Assembly (NCBI GenBank): GCA_964016885.1
Contig: OZ024746.1
Location: 72,044,001 to 72,108,000, forward strand
Length of the DNA stretch: 64,000 nucleotides
Reading direction: 5' to 3'
Source of the DNA: Eledone cirrhosa
Taxonomy: Eukaryota
Each line of letters begins with the position of its first letter. Within the stretch, counting starts at the first letter, position 1. This document shows, piece by piece, positions 27,171-40,316 of the stretch. The position numbers and the translations under genes are program-made. The notes below the pieces were generated by a model. It did no database searches, had not been told where the DNA came from, and saw only the letters and a list, made by a program, of their open reading frames with translations.

Positions 27171-27543
27171 GAGTGCTTTGCTAACTCATTCATATTGTAG
27201 GTCGACTTTCCTTGTCCACAGCCAAAGCGATTTTACTAAGCCCCCACATGTATATATATATATAGATATTTATGCGCATATGTTTATATACATATTACAT
27301 ATGTATATATAGAGAGATAGATATATGTGTGTGTGTCTATGAATTTATATATATATACATATATATATATATTTATATATAGGAAAAGAGTCACGACCCC
27401 AGGGGTCCTGACTCTTTTCCTATTACCCACTGTACTACCCTAAGTATCGAGTACTCTGGTGCGTTATGGTCCACCTGGTATCTTACCACACTTTATTTCT
27501 TATATTTATACATACATACATACATGTATGTATGTATGTATTC

Positions 27544-27609
<66 letters not shown>

Positions 27610-29624
27610 CAAACACCTGATGATGATTCTCTGAGGAAGGCTCACTATCCGACGCTGAAACCTAACTTCTATTCTGATCCGGTTTTTGGAGACCTCCGAC
27701 GAGTATCTCCATATTTTGCTGTGAATTACTAAGATTGAGGGGAATATAGACTATTCTGTAACTGCCTGGTTCTTTAAAAAGAATGGGCAAAAATAAAAAA
27801 TAATATCTTTATATGAGGTTGTACTGTTTTTGTTTTTTATCTGTCGTCGGTATGTACGTGTATGACCTTTGTTCATACAAAAGTGATAAGAAACTGTGTC
27901 TTGTCAGTCTTTAAGGGTATGTATTAATGTATGTATGGCGGAGAATTGTCAGATTCGTTAGAGCGTCGGATAGAGTGCTTTGAGATATTCGTTTCTGCTC
28001 TCTGCTCGCAGAGTTCAAATCCGCTGAAGTCAATTTTGCCTTCCATTCATTCGAGATCGCTTAAGAAACGTACCGGTCAAGTCCTGGGATCGATTCTTCC
28101 TTTATATCTCTTTCTCACACTCTATCCTTCACTGGTAGAAATCTGTTGTATTCAGACCTGGAGAGGAGATGGACTTCGCCAGGTATAAAAATGTCCTAGA
28201 AACGTCGTATTTTAATATTAATACGGTGCCTCTACGACTCCCTTAAAAGTTATGGGATCATGCATTAATGTGTGTATATGTGTATTTATGTATGTGTATA
28301 TGTAGTATCCAATGCTAACATCACGAGCAAGCCACTGAAAGGATTTCACGCAGAAGCATCCCACGTTTGTTCTATCTGCCTCTCTGTCGTGCCGAACCGC
28401 AGGTGCATGCTATAGCATGGTTCCAGCGGATAGAATTAAAAAGGCAATGTTGTTTTGGGATCAAATGCGTTCAGGCTACCATAAGGCTGACTAGGGCCTG
28501 TCATTTTTTATTTTATTTATTTATTTAATTATTTATTCAATTATTTATTGCTGTGGTGGAATGAAAGATTGAAGTGCCAGCAGGGGCCCAAAATAACTGA
28601 AAGCCCTGGGAGCCAAGGCCATGGATTAATACTGTCTGTGTCCATTCCGCTTTCGTAAAGGTGTCTATGTTTAGATTTACTTAACATGTCTATGTTGTTT
28701 TTGTCGTAGTTGTTGTTGTTTGTCTTGTTCTTGTCGTCGTTGTTGTGATTGTTGCCGTTGTTTTTGTTGTTGCTGCTGCCGTTGTTTTGTTGTCATTGTT
28801 GTTTAATCCCGTAGTTTAACCCAATTCGATAAAAAAAAAAAGACATGATTAGATGCACTCCAGCCGTGGCTATCATCTTTCCAGCTTTCTTACCAGCATC
28901 TCGAACTAATACCTCTCTTTGAGATCTGCACCTATGGCGGTTGTCAAGCTGGCCTAAATAGTAGAGCCTGCCCTGCATAGATATACACACGCATATTTCT
29001 ATTTATTTATTTTTCAATATGGCGTCGAAATTACAGAGTCTTTGGAGCGTTGAATTATACGCCCCGTTATTTGTTTCGGCTTTCTGAGTTGAAATCCAGT
29101 TATGGTCAACTTTGCTTTTCATCCTTTCAGGGTCAATAACTATAGTAGCAGTTAATGGGCAGTGGATTGATGAAATTGTTCAAGAGCCAGACAGGATGCT
29201 TTGCAGTATATATTCTAGTTCTGTGTTTTCGAAGTTCAAATTCCGTTTCCTTCAGCCAAGTGTAGAAACTATCAAGTACTATTAACAATGGAAATGCAAG
29301 CAGAAACAGTTTATGTTTAAATTTAATAATCAATCCTTTCCTTCTGTGACTCGCAGATAATATCATCAATGGAAAGAACAATGAAAACATAATTTCGGGA
29401 AACGCCTTCTCCATTCTGTCCGCCGGGACTGTGGGTGGGTCCCATCGCATACCGTTGTAGTTTTTGTATACAGATATTAACTCATCAATCCCATTGACAT
29501 ACATAGATACATTGTAGGTTACTTTAACCCGTCTTTTATTATTCAAAAAACTTCTTGCCAATAAATATTTCCTTGCTCCATTGTGACGATCAGCTTCGTT
29601 CTTCTGCCAAGAGCTGTGACCGAC

Positions 29625-29810
29625 AGATAATTGTTTCTACTTTTGGCACAAGGCCAGTAATTACCCAGTGCATTACTGGTACTTTATTTTATCGACCCCG
29701 TAAGGATGAAAGGCAAAGTTAACCTCGGCGGGATTTGAACTCAGAATGGCAAGGGCCGTAACTATGCGTCAAAGCATGGCGTCCGACTCTCTACCGATAC
29801 TGCCAATCCC
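29625..29810 (-). mobile_element. Meta-domain tRNA-derived SINE
   Basis: Reverse complement of the 12220 family, with a B-box-like GAGTTCAAATCC. Confidence 0.75.
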
Positions 29811-30375
29811 CCCTCTGTGACCGACAGATAATATCAGCAATGGAAAGCCCAATTAAATCATCGTTTCCTTGGTCCGATCTGATGATCGACTCTTTTCTTC
29901 TGGCAGGGACAGAATATAAAGAGCAATGAAAACGTAGTTTACTAGGTCATACTAGACGATCAGCTTCATTATTCTGCAAGGAGCTGTGACCGGGAGATAA
30001 TATCAGCAATGGAAAGACTAATAGAAACATTTTCCTTGCTCCAATCTGATAATCAGCTCCCCTCCTTTCTCATGCTAAAAGCTGTGACTAACAGAAAGTA
30101 TCAGTCATGGAAATCAAGATGAAAACCTAGCTCTCTTCTGTCAGGAGCTGTGACCAGTAGATAATATCAACAATGGAAAGACCAATGAAAACAAAGTTAC
30201 ATTGGTTCAATTTGATGATCAGCTCCCTTCTTCTACCTGGAACTGTGACTGGCAGATAGTATCAGCAATGAAAAGGCCAACGGAAACAGTTTCTTTTGTC
30301 CGATCTGATCATCAGCTCTTCTCCTTTCTACTGACAGTAGTGTCAGCAGTATAAAGACTATTGGAAACATTGTTT
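29810..30375 (-). repeat. Tandem array of the same approximately 90-bp unit, opposite orientation
   Basis: CTGTGAC..AGATAATATCAGCAATGGAAAG..TTCCTTG.TCC.ATCTGATGATCAGCT repeated about 6 times. Partial copies at about 29340, 29570 and 56065. Confidence 0.8.
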
Positions 30376-30435
30376 ATTCTCGTCTACCCCTCGCCCCGCT
30401 TTTGTTTTTTAAAAAGAAAACACAACAACCGACAT

Positions 30436-30658
30436 TTAACTGATAGATTGTTTATTGTTAAGTTTTAAATTCTGTTCTATTGATGGATTCTTCATTTCCG
30501 ACATGATCATTGCTTCAAGAGTAGTAGCGAGGGCGTCAACATCCTGCAGTTCTATATCGTAGGCAGTGGATGTAAGAGGAACACCGAGGAATACATACGA
30601 GAACATTCTACATAGCGCAGACAGATGTACATTGTTCTTGCCGTAGTTCTGATACACT
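30436..30658 (-). CDS. Terminal exon of the minus-strand BCR/ABR-like gene (RhoGAP C-terminus)
   Basis: Acceptor ctgctAG, phase 2. VYQNYGKNNVHLSALCRMFSYVFLG resembles the RhoGAP consensus V..NKM...NLA.VFGP.LL. Ends at a stop. Confidence 0.75.
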
Positions 30659-30689
30659 CTAGCAGTAATAGAAATAGAAATAGATATCT

Positions 30690-33330
30690 TTCTTTATTTG
30701 CCACAAGGGCGTACATGAAATGGTACATATCAAGACGTGACGGCGGGGGTTTTACATAAAAATCATATAACTTTAACATTAATAAATAAACTATATATAA
30801 AATAAAATAACAATCGTGTTTTAGACCCCGTTGATAGAACAATCCTCAACACCAGGAACACGTTTTGTAGGTGTTCCCGTCTTCCTTCTGTTTGTCTTCC
30901 TCAATCTACAGGTTTATATACAGAGAAGGCCCATTCACTCGGGCCATTTTCGTCACATTCACCCGCCTTTCAACGAATTTACTGGGGTGTAGCACCTGTC
31001 TCTCCACTGTCACCTTCCTTCTGAAGTGGTATTTAAAGAAGGAGAGGAAGGTGTTTGCCCACAATCCTTTTAACCTCGTCCGCCATATTACCTCTTTTGC
31101 CATAGCCACCAGACAGAGGAAAACTACCTCTCCTTCATTCTTAAATGAAGGCGGCTGAGTGATCCTCACAATGGACTCAGCTGACAACTGGATGCGTCCC
31201 ACACGTGACAGTAACTGTTCGACATAATTCCACAGGTCGGTCACCCCTGGGCACTGAACAATTGCGTGCAGAACGGTTTCGATGTCCTGCTCGCATCTTG
31301 GACAGGTCCTTTTGGCAAGATCCCTGCCAGGGCGCCCGTGCCTGTAGATTTTGTCTCGAACTGGTAGAGCTCCTTGGTAGCACTGCCAGGCCAGAAGTTA
31401 TCCATAGGTCCTGGACGGAAAGTCCTCCCGAACAGACTGGCAAGTTCGTCCTCTTCGATGCCTAGAGTCTACCCGAGAACGTCATAGCAATTATCCTTTA
31501 CTAATGCCCCATAGAATATCGACGTGGAGTCTCCGCTGATTGCCGTTTCCGCTTGGTAGAGGGCTGTGAGCGCCTGAACGCACTGGAGGTGCCAGGCGCC
31601 CATTTTCGGTCTTCGCTTGACCCAGGACTGCAGCTCTGTTAGTGAGACTAGTTGTGGAAAAGCTCGTCACACAAACGACAACCACACCGGTTCACCGGTC
31701 AAGAAAACCTGCAGATGGCATAGCTTCAACGCGTGTTTGCGCATAATCAACCACGGCATCCCTAGCCCTCCGTTAGAAGGGTGTTAGCAACAGGTGGATC
31801 TCCTCACCAACGGAGCCTGTTTCTTCCAAAGGAACTTGAACAGAAGACGTTCCATTTTGGTGAGGTGATCGTGGGGACAAAGCATGATTGTCAAGTGGTA
31901 GTAGATGACGGGCGCTATGTAAGTGTTCGCCAATTCCGCTCGACCTTTTAAGGAGAGTTTGCACCCAGCCCACTCCTGGGCGAGTGCAAACACCTTCGCC
32001 GTGACCTCCTTCCAGTTTTTGTCCACCTGGAGGTCTGGACCAAACCAGACCCCGAGCAATATCCCAGTCCTTCCGTCTAGCGTCCAACGACGCTGTTGGA
32101 CGGCAAGGGTTTGCCTCTCCATGTGCCGAGTTGCAAACCGACAGACTTGTTCGGGTTTAGTCTTGCTCCTGTCAATGTTCGGTATTCCTGTAATAAGTTG
32201 CCGATTACCCCGATTTCCAAGGTTTTCGACACCATTACGGTCACGTCGTCGGCGTAGTCTGACGCTGCGTTTCGCAGTCCTGGTTCAATCGGGATGTCCT
32301 GCAATAGCTCCAGCTTCCGCAGTAGTGGCTCGAGAATCAACACATACAGAATGGAGGAGAGATGACATCCTTGACGGATGGAACGCATGATTTGGAATGG
32401 ATCCATTAGGTAGCCATTCACCTTGACTGCCGAGCATGGCAGCGATCCAGCCTCTGAAGATGAGACCGAAACCGGCCGCCTTGAGAACCGCTTCCAAGTA
32501 TTGATGGTCGACCTTATCATATGCCTTAGATTGATATAATTGATCAAAGCTCCACCGAAGCCAAGTTTACACCCTGCCCTCTCTATGATGTATCGCATGA
32601 GGTGAGGTTGTCGTGTATGGACCTGGTCGGGATTGTATACACGTTTGCGCTTCCGCCAGTTTCTTGATGACGAGCGCCAGCCTCGTTGCTAACACTTTAG
32701 CCAAATTCTTCAATTCTGTGTTGAGCAGAGTTATGGGCCTGAAGTTACTTATGTTATCGCCTTTGTTCTCGTCATCCTGATCGTAGTCTGCTTACAGAAC
32801 TGGGAATTCTCCCGTTCTGCTGCAAATTGCAGTGTAGACCGCTTCGAGGACGCCAGAGAACAAGTCTGACATGCCTATGTAAGACTCATAGGGTAGACCA
32901 TCTACACCGTGTCATTTGCGTTTCCCACAGCGGCCTAAGGCGTCTTCTATTTCGCCCGCTGTGATCGACCTTTCGCAGCTCTCCGCATCTGTGTTCGAGA
33001 GTCGCGGTAGGCCGTCGAGGTAGGAACTGAAGTCCATCACCCCGCTCGATGCACACTCTGCCCGTAGAGTTGTGCAAAGTGCTGCTGGAAGGCCGTGCAA
33101 ATCTGCTTGGATTGAAGTAATATGAGTCTGTCTTGATTTTCCAAAGACCGAATTATGGATTTGTTGCCACTTTTCGCCTCTGCCACTCGAGCCCAGCTAA
33201 CAGCTTTGGCACCCTCGTTCCTCAGAGCACGTGTTCTACTTCTGACAATACAACCTTCATGTTTCACGTTGAAGAGCTGGACTAGTGCCGTTCTCGCCGC
33301 TAGCACGTCAGCTGTACTGCCATTTCAGAT
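30690..33330 (-). mobile_element. 5'-truncated, degraded Tx1/L1-clade LINE (RT and zf-RVT)
   Basis: Motifs NFRPITLLN, SIRQGC.LS.ILY, YADDVT, GVWFGPD and LSLKGRAE; 3' AATAAA end at about 30694. Confidence 0.9.
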
Positions 33331-33349
33331 ATATATATATATATAGATA

Positions 33350-33982
33350 TATTTCTTTATTTACCATAAAGGCATAAAAAGAAGGGACAAATACAAAGGG
33401 GGAGTTTACATACAATCGAGTAAAAAGGGTATAAAATGAAAATAATCGAAAATAACCTCAAAAGGGAGGGGACGTGATGGGGGTTGCACACACACCCGAA
33501 AAAGTGTGCAATCCTTTTCCCGGGGAGCACATGGAGAAGGTGCTCCCCTCTCCTTTACTTCTTTACCTACAGGATGGTATGCAGAGAAGGCCCATTTACA
33601 CGAGCCATTCTCGCCACTATCACCCACCTTTCATAAAACTGCCTGTATATATATATATAGATAGATAGATAGATATATTTCTTTATTAGCCACAGGGGCA
33701 CAAAAGAAGGGGACAAATACAAAGGGGGAAGTTTTACATACAATAAAAACGTGTAAAATGTTATCACAAATGGAATTTAAAAAGTTAGTCGATTTTCCCC
33801 AATAGAGGGAGACAGTTTATATGGGTAACACATACCCCCGAAAAAAAAATGTGCAACCCTCATCTCCAGGAGTACGAAGAGCTTGTACTCCTTTCCTCTC
33901 CTCCTCCTTTTCCTCAACCTACAGGCTGATATAGAGAGAAGGCCCATTCACTCGGGCCATTCTCGCCACTTTCACCCACCTA
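33350..33982 (-). mobile_element. Two tandem 3'-end fragments of the same Tx1-like family
   Basis: Each reads (E)RWV.VARMARVNGPSL plus a 3' UTR ending AATAAAGAAAT, separated by (TA)/(TAGA) tracts. Confidence 0.8.
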
Positions 33983-34213
33983 GATAGATGAAGCATAAAG
34001 AAACGAAAGAGGCAGACAGACTGTGACACGTACACACATAGACAGAGAGATAGATATTACTACTGCTACAATACCATCATCATAACTACTACCGTTGCGA
34101 CTATTACCACTACCCCAATACTACTACTACTACTACTACTACCAGCATCATCACCACCACTACTACCACCACAACCACTACTACTCCCACCACCAAAACC
34201 AACGCCAACGCCG

Positions 34214-34298
<85 letters not shown>

Positions 34299-34424
34299 TA
34301 CTACCACTACTACCACTACTACTAGTAATACTATTACTAGTACTACCACTACTACAACTACTACTACTACTACTACTACTACTGCTGCTACTACTACTAC
34401 TACAACCACCACCACTACCACTAT

Positions 34425-34457
<33 letters not shown>

Positions 34458-34572
34458 AACCACCACAACCACTACTACTACGAATACTAATACTAATACT
34501 AATACTAATACTAATACCACCACCACCACCACCACCACCACCACCACCACCACCACTAATACTACTACTTAC

Positions 34573-34678
34573 TTCACAAGATGTATCAAAAGATAGTTAA
34601 ATATATATTGGTTAGGTTCAGGCAATTTGTTCAGTTTGTTCTTTATATTGTCCAAGCAAACATCCATCTCCGGCGGAG
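34573..34678 (-). CDS. BCR/ABR-like RhoGAP exon (106 bp)
   Basis: tttacAG..GTAAGT, phase 1 to 2. PPEMDVCLDNIKNKLNKLPEPNQYIFNYLLIHLV matches RhoGAP LP..N...L.YL..HL. Confidence 0.88.
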
Positions 34679-34884
34679 CTGTAAAAATTATTTAAATGTA
34701 GAGGAATTGAATTTAATGTTAGGTATGGTCAATACAGTCCAAGCAATAATAAGGAAGATAGCAACAGTGAAAATAGCATGTTGACAAAACACAGGTCACT
34801 CACCAATGTTGTTACAACTCAAACCTATGCAGGTTTAGCTGGCCTTTTTTTTTTTTTTTTTAGATTTTATCGCATAGGAGGCTT

Positions 34885-35150
34885 CTTGTAAGGATGAAAG
34901 GCAAAGTTAACCTCGGCGGGATTTGAACTTAGAACGTAAAGACCCGTAACTCTCTGACGCCTAATAATTGTTTCTACTTTAGGCACAAGGCCAGCAATTA
35001 CCCAGTGTATTACTGGTACTTTATTTTATCGACCTTGTAAGGATGAAAGGCAAAGTTAACCTCGGCGGGATTTGAACTCAGATCATAAAGGGGCGTAACT
35101 CTATGCTGCAAAGCATGCCGTCCGACCCTCTACCGATACTGCCAATCCAA
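34885..35150 (-). mobile_element. Two tandem copies (one partial) of the Meta-domain SINE
   Basis: Near-identical to 29625-29810. Confidence 0.75.
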
Positions 35151-35486
35151 ATAAAGCCCCAAGTCTCATCCTGTTATTATTGTTACAACTTACACCTATG
35201 CAGGTTTAGCTGGCTTCATAGACCACGTGACTTTAATGGTTTTCTCGTCGAACCCATAGCGGTAGAAACGTGATATATTGGGTGCCCGAGAACTATCTCC
35301 CATACTTACTGCGATCGGCCTGGAAATGGCCATCTCCGCAAGAAGAATAAGCCCAGGTTATTAGACTGATATATTCAGTGTTTCACCCTCATCCCACGAG
35401 CTGTCTCCCTTGTTACATGACGAAGAAGGGAAAGAAGGAGGTGAGAAAGTAAATTACTTAATTTATATAAAACCATGTAAACTTAC

Positions 35487-35621
35487 GTATGTCCTTGTCA
35501 TAGCCATTGATACTTTCTATAAGTGGGGATGGTAGATACAGGAGGTAATGTTTGAGCAGGTTGGCTATATCATGCACAGTATACTTGTTGTCCTCTATAG
35601 CTAGAGTCCCAGTAAAACAAC
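35487..35621 (-). CDS. BCR/ABR-like RhoGAP exon (135 bp)
   Basis: ctcAG..GTAAGT, phase 1 to 1. Contains VHDIANLLKHYLLYLPSPLI (RhoGAP signature). Confidence 0.9.
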
Positions 35622-36285
35622 CTGAGTTAATATTGAAAGAAAAATACATTACAATTACTTATGTAGTTTTATTTGCGAGCAGCAACTCATGATGAATCCG
35701 TAGAGGCACTGCTGTAATATATACGACCACTGATTAGTGGTCTCCTCGGTCTCAGCACCGCACCGCAGGCTCTATATATATATGAAATTAACGTGCAAGT
35801 GGTTGCGCATTCTACAGGCAAATGAACCCTTAACGCAATTCTATGTGAGATTCAGCATGACGCAGTATGTGACAAGAGTGGTCTTTTATGTTTCAGGTAT
35901 AGTCCATCTAACGGTCTTCCCTCTACCAAATTTCATTCAGAAGGCATAGGTCAACTTTAGATTATGGTAAATGACACTTGTCCAAGACACCACGCAGCTA
36001 GATTGAATCCGGGACTTTATGGTTGCTAAGTGAGCTTCTAAACCATTTGATCATGTGTCCACATCGTCAATAAAATGACACACATGAATAGCAAGTCTAA
36101 TATTTTGATCAGGCATGGCTGAATGTTTAAGAGATTCGCTTCGTAACGAGGACTGCAAAGTGAATATCCCCACCACTCAGCGGTGCCTGCATCTACACTT
36201 TCGCACCCTATATCAGAATGTAAAGAGAACAAATTTTCAGGTCAGAAGTATAAAGCGTCTTAAGCAACCACTAACCGATACTTAC

Positions 36286-36363
36286 ATATATCAAATACTG
36301 CCAACAGTTCTTCTACATATTCTTGCTTGCCAGCTTGTATATAAATATTTTCAACTTCCAAAC
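36286..36363 (-). CDS. BCR/ABR-like RhoGAP exon covering the arginine-finger position
   Basis: actAG..GTAAGT, phase 1 to 1. GLEVENIYIQAGKQEYVEELLAVFD aligns with BCR GMEEVGIYRVSG..IQALKAAFD. Confidence 0.85.
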
Positions 36364-36745
36364 CTAGTTGTTGTTAATGGCGTTGTTTTAAGGAGAAAGA
36401 AAAAGAGTCATTTTAGTCATTGAAAAAAACACAACACAAAACAAACCCTCTTAGCCACACATTTGTGACCTTGTCAATGACGTGTTTCCACCAATTCTAC
36501 CCACCACCTTAATTGCAATCCATCCCACCATTTTACCCACTTATGGTATTAGGAAAAAGCTGATACTAAAAAATAAATGACAAATGTAAATGGAATTTAA
36601 CAAATGTGTGTGCATTTTGGTATGGCTAAAATTCTTTTTGCGCAATATAATTGCTTTAGTTTCATTAGACAGTGTCAGATCCACTCACGTACAACCCTTG
36701 CTGGAAAGAAAATTGGGTGTTAAATGACACACACACACACACACA

Positions 36746-36814
<69 letters not shown>

Positions 36815-36819
<5 letters not shown>

Positions 36820-37302
36820 GATATTAAATAAATGGAAACTATATTTATAAAACCATATTTATTTTATTATATATATTTCAAGGGTACCAAGACAACATTG
36901 GTACGCTTTCATCAGATAAAATACAAAGTTGTTTTATAAATAGAGACATACCCAAGAAAATCATACCTTATCGGTTGGAAATTCACTGGATAGTGGAAAT
37001 ATATTAGGGATTATTCAAACTTATGTGTGAATATGCAAATGAATATGCAAATGAATATGTAAATAATTGAAAACCAACAGTTTATTTAAACGACACTGGA
37101 GAAAGAGAGAGAGAAGATATACGGGAGAAAGATAAAAATATTACGAGAGAGAGAAGAAATAAACAAGAGAGGATGAATAAAACTCATATAACGTTAATTT
37201 GGGGGAAATATATTCTAAGTATATATCTTAATAGTACGTGTATTTACGATTATTAGTTGTTTAAAATTCGTTTATAATATAATATTTTCTGTTATAAGTA
37301 GA

Positions 37303-37341
<39 letters not shown>

Positions 37342-38122
37342 ATAGATGGGTATATCATGTTATAGATAATTGTTTTAATGAGTTATGAGGGATATTGGTT
37401 TTGTATTTAATGTAAGTAAATATTAAGTTAAATTAAATTAAATTAACTGAGTTAATAAGAATATTTATATTTATATATTTTAAAATGGGAAGATACGGAA
37501 AAACTCCAGTTTAGTTTGTTTATTCGTTATTATGAGACTATTTAGTCAAAATAAGTATAAATGTTGAAAGATATATTTAGCCAGAATCAGTTAGTTGTTA
37601 TAAATCAAAAAAAAAAATATTGAAAAAATATTAAAAATTTGAGAAAATTTTTTTTTTAATAATTTATAAGAGGTAAGTAATTTTTAAAAGAAATAAAAAT
37701 TAAAGAAATAAAAATAAAGAATTAAAAATTATTAAGATTAAAATTACAATTAAAATTAAAATTTTTAAAGAAATAAGAATTATATATGTATATATTTTAT
37801 GAAACTTTAAGAAGTGGAATTATAGCAAATGTTATAGATATTATGATTTAGAGATATCAATATATTAAAACCAAGTGGATAAGATTGTTATGGAAATAAG
37901 TAGAAATGTTATAAGTATAATTATAATTTATATACAGTTCTGAATGTTGAATTCAGGCGATGTCTACAAGAATTAAATAAATTCGTTCTTAGATTAATAG
38001 AGTTCAAAGATTTAAGTATGAAAAAAATTTCCTCAACACACAATTTACAGAATATAAATAAAGCTAATATTTCTACTTATTTCCATAACAATATTATCCA
38101 CTTGGTTTTAATATATTGATAT
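36815..38122 (-). mobile_element. 3' remnant of a Penelope-like element (ORF C-terminus, AT-rich UTR and hammerhead)
   Basis: Minus strand about 38050-37950 reads FCKLCVEEIFFILKSLNSINLRTNLFNSCRH, like the C..C.EE..N.R.EL...CRH tail of PLE GIY-YIG ORFs. Terminal inverted segment 37855-37910 / 38067-38122. Confidence 0.7.
36860..36923 (-). ncRNA. Minimal type I hammerhead ribozyme (family C)
   Basis: UAUUUUAU-CUGAUGA-AAGcGUACCAA uguuguc UUGGUACcCUU-GAAA-U AUAU A-UA^-AUAAAAUA: perfect 8-bp stem I. Confidence 0.85.
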
Positions 38123-38124
38123 AA

Positions 38125-38460
38125 GTGTTGTAATGTGGTTTGATGTGATATCAAATGGAGCATTGTGATGTGGTATAATGTGATGTCATATCCAATGTTG
38201 GGACGTAATGTAATGTGACACCCTTTCCAGTTTTATGACGTATAGTAATGTGACGCCATATCTACTATTATGATGTAGTGTAATATGACGTCATAGCAAT
38301 TGACAGGACGCTGTGTAATGTGACATCATATCCAGTGTTGTGACATGGTGTAATGTGTTGTCAAATCCACTGTCCTGACGCGTTGTAATGTGACGTGGTA
38401 TCATGTATTGTGATGTCATATGGAGTGGTGTGATGCTGTGTAGTGTAGTATAATGAGAGA
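38125..38460. repeat. Degenerate TGTAA/TGTGA-based minisatellite
   Basis: Repeated TGTAATGTGAC..CATATC motifs. Confidence 0.6.
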
Positions 38461-38513
38461 GGTGCAATGAAGTTTTTCTCGCAGAGACCAATGCCATATT
38501 TTATGTTTCATAC

Positions 38514-38575
38514 CATTTTCTTCTATAAACAGAACACATCTTTCTAGAATCAGAGGAATCTGCCGTTTCTCACGT
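38514..38575 (-). CDS. BCR/ABR-like exon, start of RhoGAP domain
   Basis: ttgcAG..GTATGA, phase 2 to 1. REKRQIPLILERCVLFIEEN resembles RERSKVPYIVRQCVEEIERR. Confidence 0.88.
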
Positions 38576-38926
38576 CTGCAAACATCAATAAAAGTATAAT
38601 AAGAATAGAGCAGTACTGGTTAGGTTTACATACATACATTCATATATACATACATACATGTATGTATGCATGCATGCATACATACATCCATACATACATA
38701 CATCCATACATAAATACATGTATGTATGCATGCATGCATACATACATCCATACATACATCCATACATACATACATCCATACATAAATACATGTATGTATG
38801 CATGCATGCATGCATGCATGCATGCATGCATACATCCATACATACATCCATACATACATGTATGTATGCATGAATACATACATACATACATACATACATA
38901 CATACATACATACATACATACATACA

Positions 38927-38958
<32 letters not shown>

Positions 38959-39756
38959 CACACATATATATAAATGCATTGATGCAGACATACTTACATA
39001 AATACATACACACAGACATATATGCATACATACATACATCCATACATACGTACGTACATACATGGTGGCTGCAACTCGTTTTCGAGTACGGCCACTACTT
39101 TATATCCATGTAGGAGAAGCCCTACCGATGCGCTGAACAAGTGTGACTTTTTAGTCCAGCCAGCGGCTTGAAAACTCTGGTACAAACACGACACTTGTGA
39201 CAATTATTGACACATAGTGCTGGGCCCATGGTACCATGTGACGACAAGTGCAGAGAGATCTCCAGATATAAAGCAATGCCTGTGCCGTGAAGCTTTTATA
39301 GTGAGCAAAGGCACTGCACAAAGCCAGTCCCACTCTCTTAACCAAGATGATATTTACCAAGAAGAAGAACAAGTCAACATCATTGGATACCATCAGGGTT
39401 GCAGGCGTTATATCAGAGTTTTCCTTCTCCTAGAATTCTGCCTTGACAAAGGCTAAGGGGTCATCTCTCCGGTGATTTTGGATAGCCATTGACTCTTAAG
39501 ACCTCCTTTGCCTTTTGACAGGTTTTGTTTTTAGTCCTGCAGGATGTCCAAAGTCACCCTCATCACCAAGAAACCTTGGTGGGGTAGCCAGTTTAGTCGC
39601 CAACGACCCGACCATGAGACAGGTTGTACTGGGATACATGTTACCAGTAGCACCAACTGGTGACCTGACATACATACATACATACATACATACATACATA
39701 CATACATACATACATACATACATACATACATACATACGTGTGTGTATATGTGTGCG

Positions 39757-39821
<65 letters not shown>

Positions 39822-39995
39822 GCGTGTGTGTGTGTGTGTGTGCGTGTGTGTGTGTGTGTGTAAATATTCCGGTGAAGGGAATTGGAAGTACTCTCTCCCG
39901 GTTTCTGTCCTGTTTATTATAATAATAGCAGTAGAAGTTGTAGTAATTAGATGTGTGTGTGAGGCCAACACAAAGAACAAATGTAACTCCCTCAC

Positions 39996-40141
39996 ACTGC
40001 AATATCCTCCAAAGTTAGTCCAAAAATAGGGCCCCGCATTGACATTATATAGTCGAAAGCTTCACATGGAACGATGCTCAGCTGTCGTGAGTTATTTTGA
40101 AGGCTTGTGATGTAACGTAGGGACAAAACAGCATCAGCTCT
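39996..40141 (-). CDS. BCR/ABR-like exon, end of C2 and linker
   Basis: ccaccAG..GTGAGG, phase 0 to 2. RADAVLSLRYITS...PIFGLTLEDIA resembles VKLSVKFTS...VFGVKISVV. Confidence 0.8.
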
Positions 40142-40189
40142 CTGGTGGAATAGAAAAATGGTCAATTATATATATATATAGATGTATAC

Positions 40190-40222
<33 letters not shown>

Positions 40223-40230
40223 AGTGTGTG

Positions 40231-40316
<86 letters not shown>

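Noticed and set aside
40040-40090. GAC..GTC-GAAA hammerhead-like motif
   Set aside because: It lacks the core and lies inside a coding exon.
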